A stretch of 64,000 nucleotides of DNA. Source: Octopus sinensis (taxonomy: Eukaryota). Shown here piece by piece: positions 38,446-54,122 of the stretch. Both the position numbers and the translations under genes were made by a program. The stretch is taken from contig NC_043011.1 of NCBI RefSeq assembly GCF_006345805.1, positions 25,432,464-25,496,463 on the forward strand, given 5' to 3'. The notes beneath the pieces were generated by a model. That model was not told the origin of the DNA and did no database searches. It saw only the letters and a list, made by a program, of their open reading frames with translations. Each line of letters opens with the position of its first letter. The first letter of the stretch is position 1.

Positions 38446-39546
38446 TGTAGCAATATCGTCTCTCATTGCTATCTTCACTGTTTGAGAGAGTATTAAGAAT
38501 GACCTCGGTCGAGATTACAAACAGCTTGGCTAGTTTAACATTGTTGTAAACACTAATTCGATTGGCTGACACGTTGGTCTCTACTACGCTCGCACGCTGG
38601 TTATAACTTGGCGCAAAATGTCTCGACTTATTTTCGCGCCATAGTCCAAGCAGCCAATCACAGCTTTCCATTTCTGAAGTTCACTGGGAGCCTGGTGAAG
38701 CTTATAAAACAAGGTTTCTCAGAAAAAAATATTCGTCTTAGGTTTCCAGTCCTTCTCAGGGCGAACCTCTGACCACACAGAGCTCGTCTTAGGTTCCAGT
38801 CCTTCTCAGGGCGAACCTCTGACCACACAGAGCTCGTCTTAGGTTTCCAGTCCTTCTCAGGGCGAACCTCTGACCACACAGAGCTCGTCGTAGGCTTTAG
38901 TTCTTTTAAGAACTAAGTCTCTGACCACACAGAGAATACTCGACCAAGTTCCAGTTTCGAGGCAGGCGACCACCATTAATACAAGATGTTACAGATACCT
39001 AACATACTGTTAGTGTGAAAATATCACCATGAAGAAAACGGTTACAAGATATCTATAACTAGAGAAAAATAACCAAGCAGAACATATGATGAAGAAGCAG
39101 CAAGAACCAATCGACAAACATCGAAGATTTAAATTGTACACGAGACAACTACAGATTCAACTATAGCGGTTGGTGAAATTCTCGCCACGAAGAAAACGGC
39201 TACAGTAACATGTCTGGAAGTATATTCATATCAAGAGAAAGATAAAACACAACGAGTGATTCAATTATCTCAACTGCGACATGCAATATCTTGATATGGG
39301 ACTCTTACGGTGTACCTCATAAACGGTAAATCAATTATCTGTTTCTGGGGTTCTAGTTTCTTCTAAGAACTACCTTAAGCCATCTGTAATTACCTGTTGC
39401 CAAGTCGATACCAACACATTACTGTGAATCAAATCCCATCGACAATTCACTGGTCAGTACCTTTTTACGCCTAACGAACACACAGACACAAAAAAAAAAC
39501 ATGCGAACACTTACAAATTCCAACATCAAACATGATTTGTAAAATA
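38446..39546 (+). mobile_element. LTR-like unit 2, truncated at the fold-back point
   Basis: Direct tandem copy of unit 1 starting TGTAGCAATATCG; mirror 39547-40628. Confidence 0.65.
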
Positions 39547-42500
39547 ATAAATACAATCTGTTGATGTGGAAGTTGTAAGTGTTGCATGTTTTTGTGTCTG
39601 TGTGTTCGTTAGGCGTAAAAAGGTACTGACCAGTGAATTGTCGATGGATTTGATTCACAGTTAATGTTGTTGGTATCGACTTGGCAAAGGTAATTACAGA
39701 TGGCTTAGGTAGTTCTTAGAAGAAACTAGAAACCAAGAAACAGATAATGATTTACCGTTATGAGGTACACGTAAGAGTCCATATCAAGATATTGCATGTC
39801 GCAGTTGAGATTAATTGAATCACTCGTTGTGTTATCTTTCTCTGATATGAATATACTTCCAGACATGTTACTGTAGCCGTTTTCTTCGTGGCGAGAATTT
39901 CACCTAACCGCTATAGTTGAATCTGTAGTTGTCTCGTGTACAATTTAAATCTTCGATGTTTGTCGATTGGTTCTTGCTGCTTCTTCATCATGTTCTGCTT
40001 GGTTATTTTTCTCTAGTTATAGATATCTTGTAACCGTTTTCTTCATGGTGATATTTCACACTAACAGTATGTTAGGTATCTGTAACATCTTGTATTAATG
40101 GTGGTCGCCTGCCTCGAAACTGGAACTTGGTCGAGTATTCTCTGTGTGGTCAGAGACTTAGTTCTTAAAAGAACTAAAAGCCTACGACGAGCTCTGTGTG
40201 GTCAGAGGTTCGCCCTGAGAAGGACTGGAAACCTAAGACGAGCTCTGTGTGGTCAGAGGTTCGCCCTGAGAAGGACTGGAAACCTAAGACGAGCTCTGTG
40301 TGTCAGAGGTTCGCCCTGAGAAGGACTGGAAACCTAAGACGAATATTTTTCTGAGAAACCTGTTTTATAAGCTTCACCAGGCTCCCAGTGAACTTCAGAA
40401 ATGGAAAGCTGTGATTGGCTGCTTGACTATGGCGCGAAAATAAGTCGAGACATTTTGCGCCAAGTTATAACCAGCGGTGCGAGCGTAGTAGAGACCAACG
40501 TGTCAGCCAATCGAATTAGTGTTTACAAACATGTTAAACTAGCCAAAGCTGTTTGTAATCTCGACCGAGGTCATTCTTAATACTCTTCTCAAACAGTGAA
40601 GATAGCAATGAGAGACGATATTGCTACATATAGCCTCTTGCCAGACGTTTTGTCTACGACAAAACGGCGATAAAATTGACATTATTAATATATATCTATT
40701 TTTTTGGTTTTCTTAAAAAGTTCATCTTTCAGCGTTCTTGTGTCAATTCCGTAACTTATGTCTACCGTTGGCCGCGCAGTATATCAGAAGTCCTGCGTAT
40801 TAAAGGGGTCACCAGTATAAAAATAGGTACTGACCCGATTCTTAATAATATTATTTACTGACTATCTTTTACATGCAGCGGCAATACACATAAGTTTGGA
40901 ATGACAACAAGATTTCTTTTTAAGATATATACATTATTTATTTTACATATTTACAATCATGTTTGATGTTGGAAGTTTGTAAGTGTTCGCATGTTTTTGT
41001 GTCTGTGTGTCGTTAGGCGTAAAAAGGTACTGACCAGTGAATTGTCGATGGGATTTGATTCACAGTTAATGTTGTTGGTATCGGCTTGGCAACAGGTAAT
41101 TACAGATGGCTTAAGGTAGTTCTTAGAAGAAACTAGAACCCAAGAACAGATAATTGATTTACCGTTTATGAGGTACACCGTAAGAGTCCCATATCAAGAT
41201 ATTGCATGTCGCAGTTGAGATTAATTGAATCACTCGTGTGTTTATCTTTCTCTTGATATGAATATACTTCCAGACATGTTACTGTAGCCGTTTTCTTCGT
41301 GGCGAGAATTTCACCTAACCGCTATAGTTGAATCTGTAGTTGTCTCGTGTACAATTTAAATCTTCGATGTTTGTCGATTGGTTCTTGCTGCTTCTTCTCA
41401 TATGTTTCTGCTTGGTTATTTTTCTCTAGTTATAGATATCTTGTAACCGTTTTCTTCATGGTGATATTTCACACTAACAGTATGTTAGGTATCTGTACAT
41501 CTTGTATTAATGGTGGTCGCCTGCCTCGAAACTGGAACTTGGTCGAGTATTCTCTGTGTGGTCAGAGACTTAGTTCTTAAAGAACTAAAAGCCTACGACG
41601 AGCTCTGGTGGTCAGAGGTTCGCCCTGAGAAGGACTGGAAACCTAAGACGAGCTCTGTGTGGTCAGAGGTTCGCCCTGAGAAGGACTGGAAACCTAAGAC
41701 GAGCTCTGTGTGGTCAGAGGTTCGCCCTGAGAAGGACTGGAAACCTAAGACGAATATTTTTCTGAGAAACCTTGTTTTATAAGCTTCACCAGGCTCCCAG
41801 TGAACTTCAGAAATGGGAAAGCTGTGATTGGCTGCTTGGACTATGGCGCGAAAATAAGTCGAGACATTTTGCGCAAGTTATAACCAGCGGTGCGAGCGTA
41901 GTAGTAGAGACCACGTGTCAGCCAATCGAATTAGTGTTTACAACAATGTTAAACTAGCCAAAGCTGTTTGTAATCTCGACCGAGGTCATTCTTAATACTC
42001 TTCTCAAACAGTGAGATAGCAATGAGAGACGATATTGCTACAGGTTAGACAGTTTGACTAGAATGGTAAGCTGGAATGCTGCCACCAGGCTCAAGTCGTC
42101 TGTTTTGGGCTTGGTTTCTATGGATGGATGCCCTTCTAATGCCGACCACTTTAAGCGCATACTGAGTGTTTTTCTACATGTGTCTTTTATGTGTCACAGG
42201 CTGGATTTCTTCAAAGTGGCACTAGCATGGGTACTTTACATGTGTCACTGGCACTGGAAAGACCATGATTCACTTAGCTCAACGTATCTTTTCAAGCACA
42301 ACAAAATACCAGAAGTCTGCTAACTTGGCATTGCCTCCATGAAGCTCAACAACTGAGGGTTATAAATAGACAACACTTTCCAAAGTTTCACACTGTGGCA
42401 CTGCACCAAGACCACATGGTTGGAAAGTAAGCTTATCAACCACACAACCACACCTGTGTCAATATATTATCTATTATATTACAGAAAACATGGAAATAGC

Positions 42501-42556
42501 AGTTCCACAGATATATATCGTTACTGAAAATAGCAGAATGTTTACCAGTTACTTAC

Positions 42557-42705
42557 TATATAAAACAAAAATTCTTAGAGAAAGACTGGGCTGTAAGGAA
42601 TTCAAATCCTCTGGAAGCAAAATATCGTGGAGCCAGGCATCAGCAACTAAGTTCCTGTGGCAAAGCCTTGATAAGCAATGTCCATCAGAACTAAACTTTG
42701 CGTTC
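42557..42705 (-). pseudogene. GOT1: Mirror copy of GOT1 exon 6 with indels
   Basis: 149 nt versus 151; several single-base differences. Confidence 0.85.
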
Positions 42706-44231
42706 CTGGAAGGGAAATTATTTATCAATAAAGAAATTGAACAATATAGAATGACAACAAAGAATAAATTTTTCTTAATGAACAAAGAGAGAGAAGAGAG
42801 AGAAAGAAAAATAATCATCATTTAACATCAACCTGTCCATGCTTAACATCCTAACCACTAAGCCATACATGCATGGGGCAGACAATTTTTGACGCAGATT
42901 TTCTACAACCAGATACTGTTGTTGTCATCATCATCATTTAATGTTTGTTTTTCCATGCTTGCATGAGTTAGATGAATTTGTTGCGGCAGATGTACTATGG
43001 TTGGATGCCTTTGCTGTCATCAACCCTCACCTGTTTCCAAGCAAGGTGGCGAGCTGGCAGAATTGTTAGCACGCCGGGCGAAATGCTCAGCAGTATTTCG
43101 TCTGTCACTACGTTCTGAGTTCAAATTCCGCCGAGGTCGACTTTGCCTTTCATCCTTTCGGGGTCGATAAATTAAGTACCAGTTATGCACTGGGGTTGAT
43201 GTAATCGACTTAATCCGTTTGTCTGTCCTTATTTGTCCCCTCTGTGTTTAGCCCCTTGTGTGGGTAGTAAAGAAATGGGTATTATATTTTTCATGCTACC
43301 AGACTTGTTTTACATGAAAGATTTGAAAGAAATAATCTTGCTTGTAGGACAATGATGCTCATCTACAAACACCACATGATATCTAGACTAGGGTATACAC
43401 ACATGATGGGCTTCTTTTGGTTTCTACCTAGCAAATCTACTCACAAGGATCTGGTCAGCATGGGCTAAGTAGAAGACACTTGCCCAGTGCAACTGAACCA
43501 GAGCCCACATGTTTGGGAGCAAGCTTCTTAATTATGAAAGGTAATCACTTTGAATAAATCATAGTTTGATCTTTTATTCAAAAAGAAACTGTAAATCAGC
43601 AAAAAAAAAAAGGACAAAGGTTCCAACTGATCTGATTAATGGAACAGCCTGCTGGCAAAATTAATTACAAGTGGCCAAGCACTTTACAGACATGTCTACC
43701 TGTAACATAGTTCTCAGGGAGATTAGTGTGACAGACAGAATGTGACAAAGCTGGCCTATTGAATTTACAGGTTCAACTCATTTTTGCAGCTGAGTGGACT
43801 GGAGCAATGTGAAATAAAGCATCTTGCTCAAGGACACAACATGTCACCAGGAATCAAACTCACAACCTTACAATTATGAGCTGAATACCCTAACCATTAA
43901 GCCATACTTAGTGTGTGATGTGTGTGTATTCAAAATGCAGGTCACAAAATGGAATAAGACGGTGCTGTGATAAGGGAGAGGTGGATCCTTCGCATATGGA
44001 CAGAACTCTCCTTTGGGGAAGATATGGGAAGTCTGACAGTTTTTCTTATCTTCTCCAAAGAAAAGCCTACAAAAGACATTATATAGTATTCACCATCTTC
44101 TTGTGACACCTTTGAATCTTATCTGATTTTACTTGATATAAACTGTCCTTAGTTTTTGTTGGTCTCTAATTTTATTTTATAATATTTGACCGTTTCAAAG
44201 TAGAAGGTGAGAAAAACCAAAATATACTCAC

Positions 44232-44335
44232 TTCACACACATCCGCAATTTGTTTCCATTGATCATGTGTGGATCGACACCAGTGGGGTTATGTGCAACA
44301 GCATGTAAGATTACCACGGAATTTTCTTTTGCAGC
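44232..44335 (-). pseudogene. GOT1: Mirror copy of GOT1 exon 5, 1-bp deletion
   Basis: 104 nt versus 105; frameshift after GVDP. Confidence 0.85.
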
Positions 44336-46032
44336 CTGTGGGACAATGGATAGAAGAGTAGAAAGGTAATTGAAAAAATACTGGGACAAAAATACAGAAG
44401 ACAGACCAATAAGCCGATCCCCATTCAATTATCTCAGCCCACAACACCTTTTTAGATCTTTGCCATATGAAGTTATATCTGAGAAGAAAGATCTTACAAA
44501 ATATTGAGAATGGCTTAAGCCAAATCTCAATTTGGAATTATTAATAAAATTATTTATCTGATGCAGAATAGGTGTAAAAACTTCTGAAATAAATCACAAC
44601 AAAGATAAAAAAATATAAAGAAGACCATTAATAAAAACTTGACTTTATTAGGTAGCTGGTCTGTTATTGTTCAAATGTTTAACATTAGAGAAGTTCCAAA
44701 CAAAGTATTAAGTATATAGGTAAAGACCTCCTTTAGTCATAAAATGACCAAGAAAGTACCCTCTGAGGCACAAGTCTGGGCCATGTTGTTTATGGAAGAC
44801 CAGTAGTCACCTATGCATACCAGCCTCCCCTCACACACCCATGATGTTATCTGAGGGAAAGGAAAAGGCTGATACAGCTTGGTACCAGTGACATTGCAGC
44901 TCATTTCTACAGTTGAGTGAACTGGAGCAAAATGAAATAAAGTAACTTGCTCAAGAACACAATACCCAGCCTGTGTCCAAGAATCAAACTCACCACCTCA
45001 TGATTGTGAGCCCAACACTCTAACCACTGAGCCATATGCCTCCACATATTAAGAATATACATGGATGCATAATGATTTTATTTCATTTGAATAGGATCAG
45101 TTAACCCCTTTCACATTCCCCAAAACATGCATATAGTGGTAAATTTTTTCTGTAAACATTCACACCCCTGCAGAAATCTAGGCATTATGGGTTACCCCCC
45201 TATTTCTTAATGTTCACTTTTCCATGCTTGCATGGTTGGATGGAAATTAGTCAAGGCAGGTTTTTCTATGGCTGGATGCCCTTCCTGTTACCAGCCCTCA
45301 TCTGTTTCCAAGTAAGGTAATATTTGCCCATGACCAGACATGTTTTTTATGAAAGACTGGAAATGAGGGACACTGCTTGCGTGATGGTGCTATTCATTTA
45401 TAACTATCACACAATGTCAAGGCAAAGAGACAATAGCACATGTGCGTGCACACACACATACACCACACACACAATAGTTTCCTTTGAGTTTCCATCTATC
45501 AACCCACTCACAAGGTTTTGGTCAAACTGAAGTTATAATAGAAGATACTTGTCCAAGGTGCCATGCAGTGGGACTCTGAACCTGAGACAATGTGGTTGGG
45601 AAGCAACTTCTTACCACACAGCCATGCCTGTGCCTGGAATTTCTCTAAGAGGTAATTTTGTGTAGATTTCTTCAAAGTGTCAACCACTGCTACAAAATGA
45701 TGCTGGTATTTATTTTCAATGAAGCAAGGTAGGCTTGAATTGAAGTTAAAACATTTACCAAACCATTTTGAGACTGAAACCAGAGATATTCGACCACATC
45801 ATTATCATTTTTTTAATGTCCATTTTTCTATGCTTGCATGGGTTGGACAGAATTTATTGAGGCAGATGTCCTTCCAGTCACCAGAATATTGGGAAAAGAA
45901 TGACTCTGCTTGTATGGACAGTGACAATTATTTCCAACTATCAAATGAAAAAATTGAAGACACTAATTCTTTCTCGATTCTGCCAAAGAAAATGTTATTT
46001 CCATAATCATAATAATAAGCAAAATATCTTAC

Positions 46033-46146
46033 ACTAAGATCTTCAACCATGCCATTAATATCTAAGCTTCTTGGTTTGAGCATCCCATATCGGTACTCTT
46101 TGACGTTGGTTAAAGCCAGCAGCCATGTAGACACCCTTGTGGTTTC
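46033..46146 (-). pseudogene. GOT1: Mirror copy of GOT1 exon 4, three 1-bp indels
   Basis: 114 nt versus 113. Confidence 0.85.
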
Positions 46147-49100
46147 CTGAATAATAAAAGAAGCTTTGTAAATTTTCATCAAAACATTAATGATTCTATG
46201 ACTGTTCTTCTTCAGGATTAATTCTGTACTAATAGTAGTAGTAGTAGTAATTATTTCAAATTTTGGCACAAGGCCAGCAACTTTGATGAAGTGGGGTTAG
46301 TTGATTACAGCGACTCCAGTACTAAACTACTACTTATTTTGTCGATCCCTGAAGGATGAAAGCAAAGTAGACCTTGAGGGAATTTGAACTCAGAAAACAG
46401 AGATGGACAAAATGCCACTAAAGATCTTGTCTGGCATGCTAACGACCCTGCCAACTTGCAGTAAATAATAATAATAATAATGATAATAATAATAATTATT
46501 TAAATTTCAAGAAGTTGCAAAATGAAAACTAAAACTTAGAGTAAATTTAGTATGATGGAAACTGAATATCTTAAAAAAACAGTTTAGGTAAAGTTTAGTA
46601 ACAATGTCTGATTAGATGAATGATTTAAGAATAAAAAAAAAAATTTAAGAAGATAGAGTAATTATATTAATGGGAAATGCAGTAGTACTAGTCATGGAAG
46701 TGAAAACAGCAATAACCAGACTGTCCTGTCCAGTTGTTATTGCTGTGAAAGTTTGAAGCAGAAGTAAGGATAAATTATCAAGGTAATTATTAAGAGTAAA
46801 GATATGAAAAATTCTAGGTTACAAAAAAAAAAAAAAAAAGAAAAAAAAGTAGCCAGACGACCAAGAGGCTATAGTTTATAAAGAGTCTTAAAAGAATTGT
46901 TCAAAAGCTTTCTGAATGAGTTTGGAATAGAAAAAATAAAAAGCAACTATATTTATAAAAGAAATAAGGTGTTTTTTTTTTGTCCACCACATTAATTCAG
47001 ATTTTTATTTTGCTTGAGTACAATGGGCTGAACACTAATGAAAAATTGTTTCCTTGGAGATTATATACATTTTTCTAACTAAGTATAAATTAAGAGATTA
47101 TATTTCCTTGTTTCCATATAGCACAAAGCATGGGCTATGCGGTTATGATAAATAAATTAGCTTCATAATCACATGGTTCCAGGTTCAATCCCATTGTGTG
47201 TTCCTTGACCAAGGCTGTTCTAAGCATTGTGAGTGAAATTAGGTAAATGGAAACTTTACAGAAGCAAGTTGCATGGACTATAGCTGTGTTTGGATAGTAA
47301 CTTGAGCTTTTGCATAAGATTTAACACCACTGCCTGGCCTAGGGTGCCTTTAGCAGAGTCCACTTTCTTGCAAGTATTCACAAAAGTCTCCCATTCAAAG
47401 ATAACTTACGAACCATAGGATGCATGCATTTCTGCATGTTGGGCATCATCAGCTACAAATGCTGAATCCATTCTTCAAAGCCTTATAGGAATGATAGTTA
47501 TTAATGTAGAACAGCGAATGAGTTATATTTGTAGACATGGTTTAAATTGGAATAAACAAACTTAAGCTACACAAAGAAACTGTGACTAAAATAGGATTGC
47601 AAAAGAAAAATTTTTATTCATAGCTGACAGCACATAAACAATGCATGAGATTATTCATAGCTTCATATATCTCACAAAAGAGGTTGTGGGTGCTAACAAA
47701 AGTACAAGTATTGCATTAATTGAATGGCTTAGGTGTATAGTTGAAAACTATATCTTTAAGGAATCTAGCATGTCTGACTCAGGTAAAAAAAAAAAAAATG
47801 CAGAAGAAAACAAATTAAAGAGACTTCAAAGTAGAATTTATGTAAAAAGTGACACTAATAAAATCATATTTTATATTATTGCCTTTAATTACATGTAAAA
47901 TAAAATCTAAATATAGCATTTTAAGTAAACCTAACAATTAGGGGAAAAGAAACAATGTACATAAAGGCAACAGCTCCTCTATTTCTATTAGAGAAGAATC
48001 AAAATAAAACCACAAGAAGTACATAACTCAAAAGCTGATTCATTGTTGAAAGTCATTCAGTTCAAAATTTAAGGTTGTGGAATTCCCTAAATATGATCAT
48101 TATTATAAGACCCAGATGTAAATGTAAAATGAATTTTGGGTTATAAATTGTGAAAATGCAGAGATTTTTCTCAGTAATAAATTACAATTTTTTTTTAATA
48201 ATGCAAGCAACGTAAGGTATCCAGTAATAAGCTTAGGGTCATTTCAACCAAATTTGAGTCCATTTCTTTTACTAACATTTGTTTGTAATACTTATCCCAA
48301 GAAAATGGACATTAACTGCCACAAAAAACCAACACCCTCCCACTTACCAAATAAAATGGCATTATCAAAACCACAAACACAACACCACACGAGAACAACT
48401 GCCAAAAAACATTATTACCTCTGCCTTAGCGAAGGCGGAGGTATTGTTTTCAGTTGTTGTTTGTTTGTTTGTTTGTCTGTGGACAAGATATCTCAAGAAA
48501 CACTGGATGGATTTGGATGAAACTTTCAGGATTTTTGGCCTCATGACTGGCACAAACTGATTAGATTTGGGGATCAATCTGATACCGGACAAGGATTCTC
48601 TGGATTGTTTACATAAAACCACCCAAGTACACTCAATAAAAGTATTAGTTCATATTTCATCTCTCAGTGGTTACATTAGAAAATAAAAAGAATATCTAGC
48701 TGGAAACATAACTGCTCCAACTTATAAGAGGATATATATGTTTTTCAGAAATGTATATTAGTAACAGAGTCAGTATTAATATCAAAAAGTAATATTTATT
48801 CCTACTTAAACATGGATGTTTTGTTAGAACTATACAGCAATAGTTACCATAAGAGAAACTCTCATACAGTTCTATATTTAAGAGATGAGGAATTATGTAT
48901 GCTACTTACATTTGATGGATATTTGTCCTCATCTTGTTTGTTGTTAACACAATGTTTCGGCTGATATACCCTCCAGCCTTCATCAGATGTCTTGGAAAAT
49001 TTCGAACCTGGGTTCTCATTCCTAAGGTATTTTTTGATGTTAGTATTATTATTCTGATCACTGCTTAGAACTTGGAATCTTGGGGTTAGTAGCCCGCACT

Positions 49101-49606
49101 CTTAACCACTATGCCATATGCCCATCGGCAATTAATTATGGAGAAAAATACCTTAGGAATGAGAACCCAGGTTCGAAATTTTGGCTTGGTTTCTATGGAT
49201 GGATGCCCTTCCTTATGCCAACCACTTTACAGAGCATACTGAGTGTTTGGCTTGGTTTCCCCAAGACACCTGACGAAGGCTGGAGGGTATATCAGCTGAA
49301 ATGTTGTGTTAGCAACAAACAAGAGGAGGACAAATATCCGTCAAATGTAAATAATGTAAGAAACTCTCATATTGCCTTTTTGTACTCTTGCTTATATCAC
49401 CAGCGAGGAGACATCTCCTGTGCCAAGACCATCAGATCACACAATTTTGACCTTCCTTGATCTTTTCAATGATGGCTGCTTGACTGCACCAAAAGCCAAA
49501 ATGAGAGTTTCCCTTGTGGTATCTACCAGAACATCCACATCTAAGTGGGGATAGATATTTTTCAGAAACCCATCAAATACAGAAAAATAAAAGTAGCAAA
49601 TATTCA

Positions 49607-49786
<180 letters not shown>

Positions 49787-52700
49787 TTAATATAATATTA
49801 GTGGTTGACAAAAGATTGTCTGATGGTGTTCTGAAGAATACAATTATTGCATTTTTTATACATGGGCAACAACCATTTTCCTATAGGAGAAAGATGCAGT
49901 TCAAGGAACTGCAATTAATTATGGGTTCATGAAATGAATGATAAAAAGGCAAAACAATTCAATCTTGTCTTAATGGATGTATCTAAATCAGTGGTTCTCA
50001 ACCATTTTTTTTTTACCTATGGACCCCTTTGATTCCTATTTTACCCGTGTGGAGGGGAAACCCTCATAGACATTCAAAGTCTAAAAACTATTAAATTTTT
50101 ATGATTAACGTTACGAGGAATTGTATAAAATTGTTTAATATTTTGAATATTGTAAAAATATGAGCAATTTGTTGCACATAAATTCTAACAACAAAATCTT
50201 ATGTAGATCCCCAAAGGGTTATGTGGATCCCAATTGAAAACCCACTGATCTAAATAATATAAGTAATTTAATAATACTTCTGATGGTTCCCTGCTTTTAT
50301 GGACAATATAACTATTAAAGGATCAACAGAACATTAAAATATTTTATTCCAACTATCAGATTCTTTGCAAGTCACTCTATTTCTGATGATTGAAAATATA
50401 GATGAATATTTGTAATAAAAGCAAGAACAACAGAATATATGTGATACAGGTATAGGCATTGATTGGTTAGGAAGTCTGCTTTGCAACCAAGTGGTTTTGG
50501 GTTCACTCCTACAGTGCAGCACCTTGGGTAAGTGTTTTCTACAACAGCTCTGAGTTGACCAATGCCTTGTCAGCAGATTTGGTAGACTGAAACTGAGTGG
50601 AAGCCCATCATTTGTGTGTTCCACCACCACTTGACAACTGATGTTAGTTTGTTTACATCTCCATAACAGTGTACCGGACTTCAAAAAAGTACCAAAGTCA
50701 CTTTGACTAAACACTTCAAGGTGGTGTACTGTACAATAACTGTACAAGTAAAAGATAAAAGATATACATTCTTTTGTTCATCGCCATACATTACCTCATA
50801 CACAATATACCATTTTGACAAACAGAATGAATGGTAATAAAGAAGCTAACTTATATATTGATTTCAAACTTTGGTACAAGGCCAGCAATTTCGGGGGAGG
50901 AGCTAAGTTGATTACATCAACCCCAAAAGGATGAAAGGCAAAGTCAACTCAGAACATATAGATGGATGAAATGCTGCTAAGTATTCACCTGGCATGCTAA
51001 CAATTCTGCCCACTTTGCGGTCTTAAGCTAATTCATATATTAAGAGATAAAATGTTAAAGAAATCCTTATTCCTTTGATGAGAATTTGCCAATATCAAAA
51101 AAGAAGAGTGAAGTAAAATATCTTCAACAGAGATGATGTAGTGGAACTTGTTTGTCTAAGATTTGATTCCAATACTTAGCAATACCATGGTGACATTCTT
51201 TTAAACATTGAAAATGTTTATGGAGCAGGCATTGCGTGTGTTTAAGAGGTTTGCTTCCCAACCACATGGTTTTGGGTTCAGTCTCACCATGTGACATCTT
51301 AGATAAGTGTTTTCTACTATATAGTCCCAGGTTAGCCAAAGCCTTGTGAGTGGATCTGGTAGATGAAAACTATATGGAAACTCGTCTATATATATGTGTG
51401 TTTGTATGTATACACATATGTATGTGTGTGTATATGTTTGTGTCTTCTTGACTTGACACTGTGTAAATAGTAAATGAATGTCATTCATTTCCAGTATTTT
51501 GTGAAAACATGTCTGGCTATGGGGAATACCTTGCCTGGAACCAGGAAGGATATCCCACCATGGAAAACCTGTCTCAATAAACTCTGTTCAACCCATGCAA
51601 TCATGGAAAAGTGGACAGTAAAATGATAATGGTGATGATGATGATGATTAAAAACGAAATGATGTACCATGTTTTCAGACAATAAATGCAAAAGAATCAC
51701 TCATAATATAGAGTTGGAATTGGTATTTATATTTGAAGATTGTAGTAGACAGAATATTTGTTTGAAGCACTTTAAATCAATCAGTCATCCATTATATATT
51801 TATATGGTAGCAAAAAATCAATTGAACTTATCAATAAGCAATGACTATAATAGAAATGGATGCATAGGACTGTATGACATTTGTTTATAATAATTATGTG
51901 ATGTCAAGACAAGAAGACACCACTTCTCACACACACACTGGGATTCTTTCAGTTTCTGCCTACCAAATTTACTCACAAGCTTTTGGTCAGCCTGGAGTGG
52001 TAGTAGAAGTCACTTGCCCAAGGTGTCACACAATGGGTTAATGGAAATATAATCAATAAAAGATGACAATGAGAATAAAACATATAACAAAGTAACTATC
52101 ACATAAAAAGAAAGTGGGAAGTATTTACTAACATGTTTAAACAAATGATGTGAGAAAAGAATGAAGTTTCTCACAGCTGTATGAGAACTACAAATATTGG
52201 TTTCAAATTCTGGCACAAGGCCAGCAATTTCGGGGGAGGAGGAGGTAAGTCGATTACTTTGGCCTAAGTGCTCAACTAGTACTGAAAGGATGAAAGGCAA
52301 AGTCAATCCTGGCAGAATTTGAACCCAGAATGTAAAATTGGATGAAATGCCACTAACGATTTTGCCAGTTCTCTGCTTCATGAGAACTACAAATATTAAA
52401 ATGCTTAACAATTAAGTCGTATGAATTTTTCTCATAATAAAGATAAAACAGTTAACAATTATTCTCGAAAGCAAACATGATCAAAGAAGATTAAATGTTT
52501 TAGCTGGAAAAAGTTTAGAAATCAAGAAACCAAAGATTTTTAATTAGGTATATTTCAGTGAGAATTTATTTTCATATTTATATTCTTTTATTTGTTTCAG
52601 TTATTTGACTGCAGCGATGCTGGAGCACTGCCTTTAGTCAAGCAAATTGATCCCAGGACTTATTCTTTGTAAGCCTAGTACTTATTCTATTGGTCTCTTT

Positions 52701-53209
52701 TGCCAAACCACTAAGCTATGGGAACATAATGACACCAGCATCGTTTTGTCAAGCAATGTTGGGGGGGGGGACAAACACAGACACACATACACATATGTGT
52801 ACATATATATATATATGTTTCAGTTTCCGTCTACAAGGTTTTGGTTGGCTCTAGGCTATAGTAGAACACACATGCCCAAGGTGCCATGCAGTGGGACTGA
52901 ACCCAGAACCATGTGGTTGGTAAGCAAGCTACTTACTACACAGCCACTCCTGCGCCTATATATGTATGTATTCTTTTTTACAACTTAAACTGGATGAATT
53001 TCCCTGATTTATTCAGGCATTAAATTTCAGAATAGGCACAGGTGTGGCCGTGTGAAAAATGGTTTTTAGGTTCAGTCCCACTTTGTGGTACTATGAACAA
53101 GTGTCTTCTACTATAGTACCAAGCTGACTAAAGCCTGGTGAGTGGATTTTATAGACAGAAACTGAAAAGAAGCCCATTGTATGTATGTGTGTGTGTGTGT
53201 GTGTGTCTG

Positions 53210-53263
<54 letters not shown>

Positions 53264-53792
53264 GTATATATTACTGTCTCCTTGTATTGATATCACATGA
53301 CAGTTGTAAATGAGTGCCACTGTCATCCAACTGGTGTCCTTGTTTCCAATCTTCTGTGAAAACATAACTAGTCATGGGGAAATATTACCTCATTTGGAAA
53401 CAGGAAGGATATCTGGCTGAAGAAAATCTGCTTCAACAAATTCCATCCAACCCATGTCCACATAGAAAAGTGGACATTAAAATAATGATGATAATATTTA
53501 ACACCTTTAGTAAACTGTTTTGGTGGGAACCTGATTCAAATTGAAAAATGTCTAGTTGAATAGATCTGCTGTACAGTGAAATCAAAACTGCAATACATGG
53601 TATGAGTGTAATGGATTGATGAGGTAGTGATTGGCAGGCTTTAGGGCATTGGATAGAATAACATGAAGTATTTGTAATGCTTCTCTGTGCACCGAGTTCA
53701 AATCCTGCTGAAGTCATTTTGTGTGGGGTTTTAAAATAAGTAGCAATCAATGGTGGTAGTTTGTGGTGTTTGTCTTGGCCTTTTGTGTTCTA

Positions 53793-54122
<330 letters not shown>

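Noticed and set aside
39530-39565. Retained sequencing adapter at the fold
   Set aside because: Spacer is AAATAATAAA, largely the local unit sequence; no adapter motif recognisable
40140-40342. Hammerhead in the reverse strand of the 51-bp unit (CTGAGAA...GAAAC)
   Set aside because: Core would be CUGAGAA (G8 missing) and stems I and II cannot form
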